Below, piece after piece: positions 1 to 8,725 of a DNA stretch of 32,000 nt; position 1 is the stretch's first letter; each line of letters starts with the position of its first letter. The DNA lies in NCBI RefSeq assembly GCF_000195955.2, contig NC_000962.3, positions 1,710,001 through 1,742,000 of the forward strand, read 5' to 3'. Below the pieces are notes generated by a model, which worked only from the letters and a program-made list of their open reading frames with translations, was not told the DNA's origin and searched no databases. The position numbers were made by a program, and so were the translations under genes. The stretch is from Mycobacterium tuberculosis H37Rv. Lineage in GTDB: Bacteria; Actinomycetota; Actinomycetes; Mycobacteriales; Mycobacteriaceae.

Positions 1-603
1 TTTGAGGATCCCAGTGTCGGAATGGCTTTCGCCCCCCGACGGGTGGAGAGCGACGACATCAAGTGGCAACAACGGTACGGCAGGGTCCATACCCGTTTCC
101 GCAAGCTGCGCGACCGCAACCACGGGCCGTCGCTGGTCTTGCAGATGGTATTGCACGGCGCGAAGGAAAATTGGATCGGCGAACCGACCGCCGTGATGTT
201 TCGGCGGCAATTGGCGCTGGACGCCGGTGGTTTTCGCACCGATATCTACCAGCTCGTCGATGTGGACTTCTGGCTTCGGTTGATGCTGAGGTCGGCGGTC
301 TGCTTCGTTCCGCACGAGCTCTCGGTGCGCCGTCACACGGCGGCGACGGAGACCACACGGGTGATGGCGACTCGGCGCAACGTGCTGGACCGACAGCGCA
401 TTCTCACCTGGTTGATCGTGGACCCGTTGTCGCCCAACAGCGTTCGCAGCGCCGCGGCGCTGTGGTGGATACCCGCATGGCTGGCCATGATCGTGGAGGT
501 GGCCGTGCTCGGACCGCAGCGGCGGACGCACTTGAAGGCTTTGGCGCCGGCCCCATTCCGCGAGTTCGCCCACGCCCGGCGTCAACTGCCGATGGCTGAC
601 TAG
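1..603 (+). CDS. Family-2 glycosyltransferase, C-terminal part (5' end lies outside the window); Rv1518-like
   Basis: Frame 1 is open from base 1 to TAG at 601-603. The translation ([36 protein letters not shown]) looks like the C-terminal half of GT2 enzymes. The locus assignment rests on recalled gene order. Confidence 0.8.
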
Positions 604-688
604 CAGTCGCACTCTGCCTGGCCGTCGTCGGAGCCACAGACAATTCCAACCCATTTGGCCTGGCGGCCAAGATGACATTTTTACAAGG

Positions 689-702
689 TAAGGCTAGCCT
701 TA
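689..702. repeat. Perfect 14-bp palindrome TAAGGCTAGCCTTA in an AT-rich intergenic patch
   Basis: Read directly from the sequence. It is self-complementary over all 14 positions. Function is unknown. Confidence 0.6.
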
Positions 703-732
703 AGCGTCCGCGTATCCAGGACCTCGGGTCTG

Positions 733-1002
733 TTGCGTTGTGGTTGCCTCGCATGCGACGGAGTGCTCTGCGCCAACGGCCCAGGTCGTCCGAGAAGGCC
801 AGCCTTGACCTGTACAGCTGTGGCGACCCGAACGTTGCACAGCTTGGCGACGAATGCCGAGTTGGTCGAGTCGGCCGATCTGACCGTCACCGAGGATATT
901 TGCTCGCGAATCGTGTCGCTGCCAGTTCACGACCACATGGCCATTGCCGACGTTGCGCGGGTCGTTGCGCCGTTCGGGGAAGGGTTAGCGCGCGGTGGTT
1001 GA
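733..1002 (+). CDS. 89-codon ORF resembling only the last ~45 residues of a DegT/DnrJ/EryC1-type sugar aminotransferase (Rv1519-like); probably a gene remnant
   Basis: The C-terminal segment LTVTEDICSRIVSLPVHDHMAIADVARVVAPF fits the family's typical C-terminus (..R.lSLP.hp.lt..dv..Vv..). The N-terminal ~40 residues (MRCGCLACDGVLCANGPGRPRRPALTCTAV) are low-complexity. No PLP-lysine region is present. Confidence 0.55.
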   Translation: MRCGCLACDGVLCANGPGRPRRPALTCTAVATRTLHSLATNAELVESADLTVTEDICSRIVSLPVHDHMAIADVARVVAPFGEGLARGG

Positions 1003-1027
1003 CCCGACAGCGACGGATTCGCCCAAG

Positions 1028-2068
1028 GTGAGTATCGTCTCGATCTCCTACAACCAAGAGGAGTACATTCGCGAGGCCCTGGACGGCTTCGCCGCCCAGA
1101 GGACCGAGTTCCCCGTCGAGGTGATCATCGCTGACGATGCCTCCACGGACGCCACCCCGAGGATCATAGGAGAGTACGCCGCCCGCTATCCGCAGCTGTT
1201 TCGGCCGATCCTGCGGCAGACCAACATCGGTGTCCACGCCAATTTCAAGGATGTGCTGTCCGCCGCTCGTGGCGAGTACCTCGCACTGTGCGAAGGCGAC
1301 GATTACTGGACCGATCCGCTGAAGCTGTCCAAGCAGGTAAAGTACCTGGACCGGCATCCGGAGACGACGGTGTGTTTTCATCCTGTGCGAGTGATCTATG
1401 AGGATGGCGCAAAAGACTCCGAGTTCCCGCCGCTCAGCTGGCGCCGCGACCTGAGCGTCGATGCCCTGCTCGCGCGGAACTTCATCCAAACCAACTCGGT
1501 CGTGTACCGCCGTCAGCCGAGCTACGACGACATCCCGGCCAACGTCATGCCGATAGATTGGTACTTGCATGTGCGGCATGCGGTGGGCGGCGAGATCGCC
1601 ATGTTGCCCGAGACGATGGCGGTCTACCGTCGCCACGCTCACGGTATTTGGCATTCCGCGTACACTGACCGCCGAAAGTTTTGGGAGACACGAGGCCATG
1701 GGATGGCCGCGACGCTCGAGGCGATGCTCGACCTAGTTCACGGCCACCGCGAGCGCGAGGCGATCGTCGGTGAGGTGTCCGCCTGGGTGCTTCGCGAGAT
1801 CGGAAAGACACCCGGCCGACAGGGTCGCGCCCTGCTTCTGAAGTCCATCGCGGACCATCCGCGGATGACGATGCTGTCGCTACAACACCGGTGGGCGCAA
1901 ACGCCCTGGCGGCGGTTCAAGCGCCGGCTGTCCACCGAGTTATCGAGCTTGGCGGCGCTTGCGTACGCCACCCGACGGCGCGCACTCGAAGGTCGGGACG
2001 GCGGTTATCGCGAAACCACTTCTCCGCCGACCGGTAGGGGACGTAACGTCCGCGGATCACATGCCTAG
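1028..2068 (+). CDS. Family-2 glycosyltransferase (Rv1520-like)
   Basis: The ORF 995-2068 begins with GT2 N-terminal signatures: VSIVSISYNQEEYI, IIADDASTD and a DXD-like CEGDDYW. GTG at 1028 gives 346 aa, the length I recall. GTG at 995 is an alternative start. Confidence 0.9.
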   Translation: MSIVSISYNQEEYIREALDGFAAQRTEFPVEVIIADDASTDATPRIIGEYAARYPQLFRPILRQTNIGVHANFKDVLSAARGEYLALCEGDDYWTDPLKLSKQVKYLDRHPETTVCFHPVRVIYEDGAKDSEFPPLSWRRDLSVDALLARNFIQTNSVVYRRQPSYDDIPANVMPIDWYLHVRHAVGGEIAMLPETMAVYRRHAHGIWHSAYTDRRKFWETRGHGMAATLEAMLDLVHGHREREAIVGEVSAWVLREIGKTPGRQGRALLLKSIADHPRMTMLSLQHRWAQTPWRRFKRRLSTELSSLAALAYATRRRALEGRDGGYRETTSPPTGRGRNVRGSHA

Positions 2069-2301
2069 ATCTTGATAGATCGCCCGTCTGGCCTCTATGG
2101 ATGGAGCATGCGGGATCGGACCGGTTGCCGCCGACTCGACGACCGAAAGAGCCATCAAATAGCCTTGCGGCCCATCTTTGAGATCTGTCAACCCGCCGGT
2201 CCTGATGTCCTCCAGGCTCTGGTCGGGATGAGCTAGTGCGGTTCCCGAACTCGGCATCTTCGTCAGTCCTGGAGAGAAACAACACCAGCGAAGGTAGTGT
2301 G

Positions 2302-4053
2302 ATGTCCGTGGTCGAATCCTCTCTTCCTGGTGTGCTGCGTGAACGCGCCAGTTTTCAGCCCAACGACAAAGCGCTCACCTTTATCGATTACGAGCGGTCC
2401 TGGGATGGTGTTGAAGAAACTCTGACGTGGTCGCAGTTATATCGGCGAACGCTTAACCTCGCCGCACAGCTAAGAGAACATGGGTCGACCGGCGATCGGG
2501 CATTAATTCTGGCGCCACAAAGCCTCGACTATGTCGTTAGCTTTATTGCCTCGCTGCAGGCCGGAATTGTCGCGGTTCCGCTTTCGATTCCCCAGGGTGG
2601 TGCCCACGACGAGCGCACCGTTTCCGTGTTCGCCGATACCGCACCGGCGATCGTTCTCACGGCGTCCTCGGTCGTCGACAATGTCGTCGAATACGTCCAG
2701 CCGCAGCCCGGCCAAAACGCACCGGCGGTGATCGAAGTCGATCGGCTGGATCTTGATGCTCGGCCGAGCTCCGGTTCTCGTTCTGCCGCTCACGGCCATC
2801 CGGATATCTTGTACTTGCAGTACACCTCGGGTTCCACGCGCACGCCGGCCGGTGTCATGGTCTCGAATAAGAATCTTTTCGCCAATTTCGAACAAATTAT
2901 GACCAGTTACTACGGCGTCTATGGCAAGGTCGCCCCGCCAGGCTCCACCGTGGTGTCGTGGTTGCCGTTCTATCACGACATGGGTTTCGTCTTGGGACTG
3001 ATATTGCCGATTCTGGCTGGCATCCCCGCCGTGCTGACCAGCCCGATCGGTTTCCTGCAGCGCCCGGCTCGCTGGATACAGATGTTGGCAAGCAACACTC
3101 TTGCGTTTACCGCCGCGCCGAACTTCGCATTCGATCTGGCGTCTCGTAAGACCAAAGACGAGGACATGGAGGGCCTCGATCTCGGTGGCGTACACGGCAT
3201 CCTCAACGGCAGCGAACGGGTGCAGCCGGTGACGCTGAAGCGCTTCATCGACCGGTTCGCCCCGTTCAATCTTGACCCCAAGGCGATACGTCCGTCGTAC
3301 GGAATGGCAGAGGCCACGGTATATGTGGCCACCCGCAAGGCGGGTCAACCGCCAAAGATAGTGCAATTCGATCCCCAGAAGCTGCCGGACGGCCAAGCTG
3401 AGCGGACCGAAAGCGACGGCGGCACACCGCTGGTCAGCTACGGCATCGTCGACACCCAGCTGGTGCGCATCGTCGACCCGGACACCGGCATCGAGCGCCC
3501 CGCGGGAACGATCGGTGAGATTTGGGTGCACGGCGACAACGTCGCCATCGGCTATTGGCAGAAACCCGAGGCGACCGAACGCACCTTTAGCGCAACGATC
3601 GTCAATCCCTCCGAAGGCACACCCGCAGGACCATGGCTGCGGACGGGAGATTCGGGTTTCCTCTCCGAGGGTGAGCTGTTCATCATGGGGCGCATCAAGG
3701 ACCTCTTGATCGTGTACGGGCGCAACCACTCTCCCGACGATATCGAGGCGACGATTCAGACGATCAGTCCGGGCCGCTGTGCGGCGATCGCTGTTTCCGA
3801 GCATGGTGCTGAGAAGCTGGTTGCCATTATTGAACTCAAGAAGAAGGACGAGTCCGACGACGAGGCGGCGGAACGACTGGGTTTCGTGAAACGCGAAGTG
3901 ACCTCGGCAATCTCGAAGTCGCACGGGTTGAGCGTGGCGGATCTTGTGCTCGTCTCCCCGGGCTCAATCCCAATCACCACCAGCGGCAAGATCCGGCGAG
4001 CACAGTGTGTGGAGCTGTACCGTCAGGACGAGTTCACTCGCCTGGACGCATAG
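2302..4053 (+). CDS. fadD25: Fatty acyl-AMP ligase (FAAL)
   Basis: Adenylate-forming motifs are present: [34 protein letters not shown] at 2302 is preceded by AAGG at 2291-2294. The 583-aa length and the paralogy to the ORF at 19502-21256 fit the FAAL family. Confidence 0.93.
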   Translation: MSVVESSLPGVLRERASFQPNDKALTFIDYERSWDGVEETLTWSQLYRRTLNLAAQLREHGSTGDRALILAPQSLDYVVSFIASLQAGIVAVPLSIPQGGAHDERTVSVFADTAPAIVLTASSVVDNVVEYVQPQPGQNAPAVIEVDRLDLDARPSSGSRSAAHGHPDILYLQYTSGSTRTPAGVMVSNKNLFANFEQIMTSYYGVYGKVAPPGSTVVSWLPFYHDMGFVLGLILPILAGIPAVLTSPIGFLQRPARWIQMLASNTLAFTAAPNFAFDLASRKTKDEDMEGLDLGGVHGILNGSERVQPVTLKRFIDRFAPFNLDPKAIRPSYGMAEATVYVATRKAGQPPKIVQFDPQKLPDGQAERTESDGGTPLVSYGIVDTQLVRIVDPDTGIERPAGTIGEIWVHGDNVAIGYWQKPEATERTFSATIVNPSEGTPAGPWLRTGDSGFLSEGELFIMGRIKDLLIVYGRNHSPDDIEATIQTISPGRCAAIAVSEHGAEKLVAIIELKKKDESDDEAAERLGFVKREVTSAISKSHGLSVADLVLVSPGSIPITTSGKIRRAQCVELYRQDEFTRLDA

Positions 4054-4171
4054 CACCCACAGGCGAGGCTCCCGCAATGGGGCGCAATGGGGATCGTCAC
4101 ACCAGTAGCACCAGCCCCTGGAGGGGCAACAGGGGAAAACTGAGTTGAGCGCCAACCGTGCGCACTGAGGC

Positions 4172-7100
4172 TCAGGTGCTCAGCTTCGCGTCGGGCTTTG
4201 ACCCCGCGTGACCGACTGCGGGTTCGCCGATAGACGTGTCATCCCAACGGTCGTAGCTCGGTAGGCCGGCAAGACCGAACAGCGGCAGCGAGTGGCCGAG
4301 TAGATGGTCGACGGGTTCTTTACCGATGTGGGCGCCGTCGCCGTTGGGTTTCGACACGCCATCCACGACATCGTAGGCCGGCATGGCGGCATAGCCGAAC
4401 AGCGGAAGCGAATGTCTGCGCAGGTGGTCGATCAGGTACTCCCCGTTGCCTTCGGCTAGGTCAGCGGGCTTGCCGTTGGGAACCGACTTGGTTGCCGCCT
4501 TGCTTGCGTGCCCGTTGGTGTTGCGGACGACCTTGGTGTGGGGCGGCTTGGGCGCCGGGATCGGGGCCTTGCGTCGGTGGCCTTTCACCCGCCGCAGCCA
4601 CCGATCGGCTTTGGTCGGCGGCGTGGATGGGTCGCGTCCCAGCTCGGACGGCCACCAGTTTGCCCGGCCAATCATCGTGGTCAAGGCCGGCACCGTGACC
4701 GTGCGGACCAGGAAGGTGTCCAGCACGATCCCGATGCCGATGGTGAAACCGGCCTGAGCCATCGTGTTGATGCTCGCGCCCACCAGACCGAACATCGACG
4801 CGGCGAAGATGAGACCCGCCGAGGTGATAACACCACCGGTGGAGCCCACGGTTCGGATGACGCCGATGCGTATACCGTGTGGTGATTCGTCGCGGATGCG
4901 TGAAATGAGCAGCATGTTGTAGTCAGCGCCGATGGCAACCAATAATATGAAGGACAGTCCCGGCAGGCTCCAATGCATTTCCTGGCCCAGTATCAATTGG
5001 AAAACGAGAGTTCCTATGCCTAGGGCCGACAAGTAAGAAATCAGCACCGAGCCTATCAGATATATCGGAGCCACAAGTGCGCGCAGCAGAATGACGAGAA
5101 TCAAGAATACGATAACGATCGTCGCAATGACGATGAATTTCATATCGCTGTTGTAGTAGTCGCGGATATCCCGCAGCGCAGTCGGAACCCCCGCCAGACC
5201 TATCGTGGCATCCTCGAGTTCGGTATTCGGTCGCGCGGAATCCGCAACACGGAGGATATCGTTGACCTGATCCATCGCCTCGGTGGTGGCCGGATTCAGC
5301 GCGCTCTGCACGAAGTACCGCGCCGCATGACCATCGGCCGACAGGAAAATCTGGGCGCCCTTCTTGAACTCGTCCCTCGAAAAAATCTGCGGTGGAATGT
5401 TGAAGCCCGCCATTGACGGCTTGTCCGCATCCCGCTTGATCCCCAACAGGAAGTCGGCGGCCTCGTTGAGCCCTGAGCCCATCTTTTTGACCTGATCGAC
5501 CAATTCCTGCACGCCTGCCGCCAGCGCTGCGCTGCCGTCGGCGAGAGCGTTGGCTCCTTGCTGCATTTGAGCCAATTTGGTGGGTAGGCCGTCGACCGCT
5601 TTGAGGGTGCTGACGACTTGCTTCAGTTGCCCGTCCAGTGTGCTCACCGTCCGGGCGAGTGTCTGGTATTCCTGCGTCTGTTGCAGGGTGACGGCTAGCG
5701 CTCTGATGGACCTGAGCAGGCCGTCGTCCTGCGCCTGGACAATCGCCGCCAACTGTGCGCGCGACGTCCGACAGGCGGGATCGCTGTTACACACCGGGCT
5801 GGAGTTGAGGGCGTTGACCATAGGGCTGGCCCAAGTGGCGATTTGTTCGGCATCGGTGACGGTCCCGCTCAGATTGTCCCCCAGAGCCCGCATGCGCCCG
5901 ACATATTGGGACGCATTTTCCAGTTGTCGGATGGTCTTGTCGCCGCCCATCAGGTCCATCATGGCCTGCAGGGTGTTGACTATCCCGCTCGAGCTGGCCA
6001 CGGCCCCATTGATTTCGTTGCGTATTTGGGCGAGGGCGTCGGCCAACTGGTGCGCACCGCCGGTCAGCTGGTCCAGCTCGCCTCCGTGCTCTTCGAGCAG
6101 GGTGGTCGCTTCGTCGAGCTTGCCGCCCACTTCACCAGCCTGAAACGAGACCTTGGTCTCCTTCAGAGGTTCCCCGTTCGGTCGGGTCAAGCCCCGCACC
6201 ATCACGATGTTGGGCAATTCTGCTATCTCGCGGGACATCATCTCGATGTCGGCAAGCGCGCCGGGTGTCCGCAGGTCTCGGGGGGATTTGATGAACAGCA
6301 CCATCGGAGTCATCGCGTTCATCGGGAAATGGCGGTTCATCGCCTCGTATCCTTTGACGCTTTCGACGTGCTGCGGCACCGTCTTGAGATCGTCGTAGTT
6401 GAATCGGATCAGCAGCGTGCAGCCGGCCAGGGCGACCAGCACAATGAGACTGCCGACCAGGTGGATGGTGGACCGACGCACGATGCGAACACCCGAACGC
6501 CGCCACATTCGACTGGTCAGGTCGCGTCGCGGCTTGATCCAGCCCCGCCGTCCGGTGAGTGTCAGGATGGCGGGCAGCAGGGTGACCGCACCCAGCAGCG
6601 ACACCGTGATGGCAACCGCAATTGCCGGGCCCACCGCCGAAAACACTTCCAGTTTGGTGAACACCATCGCCAGAAATGTGACGGCGACGGTGGCCGCCGA
6701 TGCGGTGATCACCTTGCCGATGGACATCAACGCCTTCTTGACCGCCATGTCCGATTTTTCGCCGTGGCGCACATAGTCGTGATAGCGACTTATCAGAAAG
6801 ACGGCGTAATCGGTTCCCGCCCCGATCATGACCGCGCTCATAAAGACGATCGCCTGCATGTTCACGGCCAGGCCGAACTCGGCGAGCCCGGACAACGTGC
6901 CCTGCGCAGTGACCACCGACGCTCCGATGGTGGCCAGCGGCACCAGCATGGTCACCAGGTTCCGATAGACGAGGATCAGGATGATCAGCACGCTGACCGC
7001 GGTGCCGATCTCGATGATCCGCACATCTTTCTCGCCGAGCTCCGTCAGGTCGGCGACCGTGGCGATCGGACCGCTGAGGTGGACGGTCAGGCTGGTTCCC

Positions 7101-7612
7101 GCGACTGTTTGCTTGACGATCGCGGCGACGCGTTTGAACGCCGCTTGTGTCTCAGGCGACGCGGCATCGCCCGCGAACGTGATGGGCAGGTTCCAAGCCT
7201 TGTTGTCCTTGCTGGCCAACAGCTCCTTCATTTCGGGGACGGCGAGAAAATCCTGAACCGATATTTTGTCCTGCGTGTCCGCCCGCAGGTTTTCGATCAG
7301 TTTTCGGTAGACGGCCTCGTCGGCGGGTCCCAGCCCGTTCTCGTTGGTCAAGAGGACCAAAAGGAGGGCGGAGGTCTCAATTTTTTCCTGGAAAGCCGCG
7401 CTCATCTCCTTTTGCAGGACCATCGATGGGGCCCCGGGCGGCAGGGGAGCTTGCTCGCGCTTTGCGGCTTGCGCCTGCAGCGTTGGGAGCAACAGCGTCA
7501 GCGCGGCCGCCACCGCGATCCAGCACCCAATGACGATCAGCGGCCATCGCACCACGAAGTTGCCGATACGGTCGAACAGTCCCCCGGCTTTGGCCTCGTC
7601 ATGCCTTGCCAC
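4172..7612 (-). CDS. mmpL12: MmpL-family RND lipid transporter
   Basis: The N-terminus VARHDEAKAGGLFDRIGNFVVRW is typical of MmpL proteins. Paired transmembrane motifs GAGTDYAVFLISRY and GADYNMLLISRIRDE are present, along with two periplasmic domains. GTG at 7612 gives 1146 aa. The ORF track extends 36 further codons, to 7720. Confidence 0.93.
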   Translation of the reverse strand: MARHDEAKAGGLFDRIGNFVVRWPLIVIGCWIAVAAALTLLLPTLQAQAAKREQAPLPPGAPSMVLQKEMSAAFQEKIETSALLLVLLTNENGLGPADEAVYRKLIENLRADTQDKISVQDFLAVPEMKELLASKDNKAWNLPITFAGDAASPETQAAFKRVAAIVKQTVAGTSLTVHLSGPIATVADLTELGEKDVRIIEIGTAVSVLIILILVYRNLVTMLVPLATIGASVVTAQGTLSGLAEFGLAVNMQAIVFMSAVMIGAGTDYAVFLISRYHDYVRHGEKSDMAVKKALMSIGKVITASAATVAVTFLAMVFTKLEVFSAVGPAIAVAITVSLLGAVTLLPAILTLTGRRGWIKPRRDLTSRMWRRSGVRIVRRSTIHLVGSLIVLVALAGCTLLIRFNYDDLKTVPQHVESVKGYEAMNRHFPMNAMTPMVLFIKSPRDLRTPGALADIEMMSREIAELPNIVMVRGLTRPNGEPLKETKVSFQAGEVGGKLDEATTLLEEHGGELDQLTGGAHQLADALAQIRNEINGAVASSSGIVNTLQAMMDLMGGDKTIRQLENASQYVGRMRALGDNLSGTVTDAEQIATWASPMVNALNSSPVCNSDPACRTSRAQLAAIVQAQDDGLLRSIRALAVTLQQTQEYQTLARTVSTLDGQLKQVVSTLKAVDGLPTKLAQMQQGANALADGSAALAAGVQELVDQVKKMGSGLNEAADFLLGIKRDADKPSMAGFNIPPQIFSRDEFKKGAQIFLSADGHAARYFVQSALNPATTEAMDQVNDILRVADSARPNTELEDATIGLAGVPTALRDIRDYYNSDMKFIVIATIVIVFLILVILLRALVAPIYLIGSVLISYLSALGIGTLVFQLILGQEMHWSLPGLSFILLVAIGADYNMLLISRIRDESPHGIRIGVIRTVGSTGGVITSAGLIFAASMFGLVGASINTMAQAGFTIGIGIVLDTFLVRTVTVPALTTMIGRANWWPSELGRDPSTPPTKADRWLRRVKGHRRKAPIPAPKPPHTKVVRNTNGHASKAATKSVPNGKPADLAEGNGEYLIDHLRRHSLPLFGYAAMPAYDVVDGVSKPNGDGAHIGKEPVDHLLGHSLPLFGLAGLPSYDRWDDTSIGEPAVGHAGSKPDAKLST
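4238..4432 (-). repeat. In-frame tandem duplication (120-nt period) encoding [IV]DHL..HSLPLFG.A..P.YD twice in the MmpL12 C-terminal tail
   Basis: Protein copies are IDHLRRHSLPLFGYAAMPAYDVVD and VDHLLGHSLPLFGLAGLPSYDRWD. At nucleotide level (+ strand), ccgaacagcggcagcgagtggccgag aligns with ccgaacagcggaagcgaatgtctgcg, 120 nt apart. Confidence 0.7.
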
Positions 7613-7652
7613 CCGATAACCGTACAAGCCTGGCAATCGGTGGCGTGGGGAA

Positions 7653-8696
7653 ATGACGATAACCGCATTAACCGTGACGTTGCCGTTACTTTGGCGGCGT
7701 TTGACCACTGCGGGCGTCAAATACGCAGATCAGGGGCATTTCGTGGGATCGGCTGGCGTGCCCGCAGCCGACGCTGGCGGGCGGGATGCGGCGTCCGAAC
7801 AGATAGCTCGCTGGACTCAAACTTGCACGGTCGTGCTGGTTTGCGGTCACGGTCCGGCAAAGTGGGCATTTCGGTCCTGGTGCACCTCGCGGTCGTGCGA
7901 CACTCTCCCCGTGGCTCTTAGGTATCGCCTGCAGTCCAATCCGTTGGTCGGCAAGCTCACGACCAAGTACTTCTTGCCGCTTGGCACTCGCCAGGTCGGC
8001 GATCACGTGGTGTTTTTCAACTTCGGCTACGAGGAGGATCCGCCGATGGCGTTGCCGCTGTCGGAGTCCGACGAGCCCAATCGGTATTGCATCCAGCTCT
8101 ACCACCAGACGGCCAGTCAGGTGGACCTCACCGGCAAGGAGGTGCTAGAGGTCAGTTGTGGCGCCGGTGGCGGGGCCTCCTACATCGCCCGCAACCTAGG
8201 TCCGGCCTCCTACACGGGGCTGGACTTGAATCCGGCCAGCATCGACCTCTGCCGGGCAAAGCACCGGCTGCCCGGCCTGCAGTTCGTGCAGGGCGACGCG
8301 CAGAACCTGCCTTTCCCCGACGAATCCTTCGATGCGGTGGTCAATGTCGAAGCCTCGCACCAGTACCCCGACTTTCGCGGCTTCTTGGCCGAAGTGGCGC
8401 GCGTGCTTCGCCCGGGCGGACACTTCCTCTACACCGATTCCCGTCGAAATCCCGTCGTCGCCGAATGGGAGGCGGCGTTGGCCGATGCTCCGCTGCGCAC
8501 GATTTCGCAGCGGGACATCGGCGCGCAGGCCAAGCGTGGGTTGGATGCGAACACGGCGCGTTCGCAAGAGGCCATCGGCCGCCGCGCACCCGTATTGCTG
8601 GCCGGCTTGACCCGCTGTGCGGTGCGTGTGCTGGACTGGGATCTACGTCGCGGCGGCGGGTTCAGCTATCGGATCTACTTGTTCGCCAAGGATTGA
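7653..8696 (+). CDS. SAM-dependent methyltransferase (Rv1523-like); the functional start is probably internal, near 7911
   Basis: Motif [15 protein letters not shown] is present. From [15 protein letters not shown] onward the protein resembles the ~270-aa mycobacterial lipid or sugar O-methyltransferases (Rv2952-like, by recollection). The first ~86 codons have no family counterpart. GTG at 7911 is a plausible true start. Confidence 0.85.
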   Translation: MTITALTVTLPLLWRRLTTAGVKYADQGHFVGSAGVPAADAGGRDAASEQIARWTQTCTVVLVCGHGPAKWAFRSWCTSRSCDTLPVALRYRLQSNPLVGKLTTKYFLPLGTRQVGDHVVFFNFGYEEDPPMALPLSESDEPNRYCIQLYHQTASQVDLTGKEVLEVSCGAGGGASYIARNLGPASYTGLDLNPASIDLCRAKHRLPGLQFVQGDAQNLPFPDESFDAVVNVEASHQYPDFRGFLAEVARVLRPGGHFLYTDSRRNPVVAEWEAALADAPLRTISQRDIGAQAKRGLDANTARSQEAIGRRAPVLLAGLTRCAVRVLDWDLRRGGGFSYRIYLFAKD

Positions 8697-8725
8697 TTCG
8701 GCGAGACCACACCCATGAAAAACTC

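Noticed and set aside
2503-3924. 473-aa minus-strand ORF opposite fadD25 (and the equivalent 20663-21192 ORFs opposite fadD24)
   Set aside because: It is antisense to genes with clear adenylation motifs and has no motifs of its own.
4073-4092. Tandem 10-mer cgcaatgggg x2, plus a small gcccc-tgga-ggggc hairpin (~4122-4135), between convergent fadD25 and mmpL12
   Set aside because: There are only two copies of a short unit and a 5-bp stem. This may contribute to termination, but it is too weak to call as a feature.
4941-5160. Locally AT-rich stretch inside mmpL12, which might suggest foreign DNA
   Set aside because: It encodes Ile/Phe/Leu/Tyr-rich transmembrane helices (FIVIATIVIVFLILVILL...), so amino-acid composition explains the GC drop.
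5843-7921. 692-aa + strand ORF opposite mmpL12
   Set aside because: It is antisense to a well-supported transporter gene. Its His/Arg/Gly/Asp-rich composition carries no domain signature.
8087-8725. N-terminal 213 codons of the 627-aa ORF, which would fuse into the GT1 gene
   Set aside because: This part overlaps the methyltransferase in another frame and is Arg/Pro/Gly-rich. The GT1 family N-terminus (MKFVVASYGTRGD) begins at 8726.
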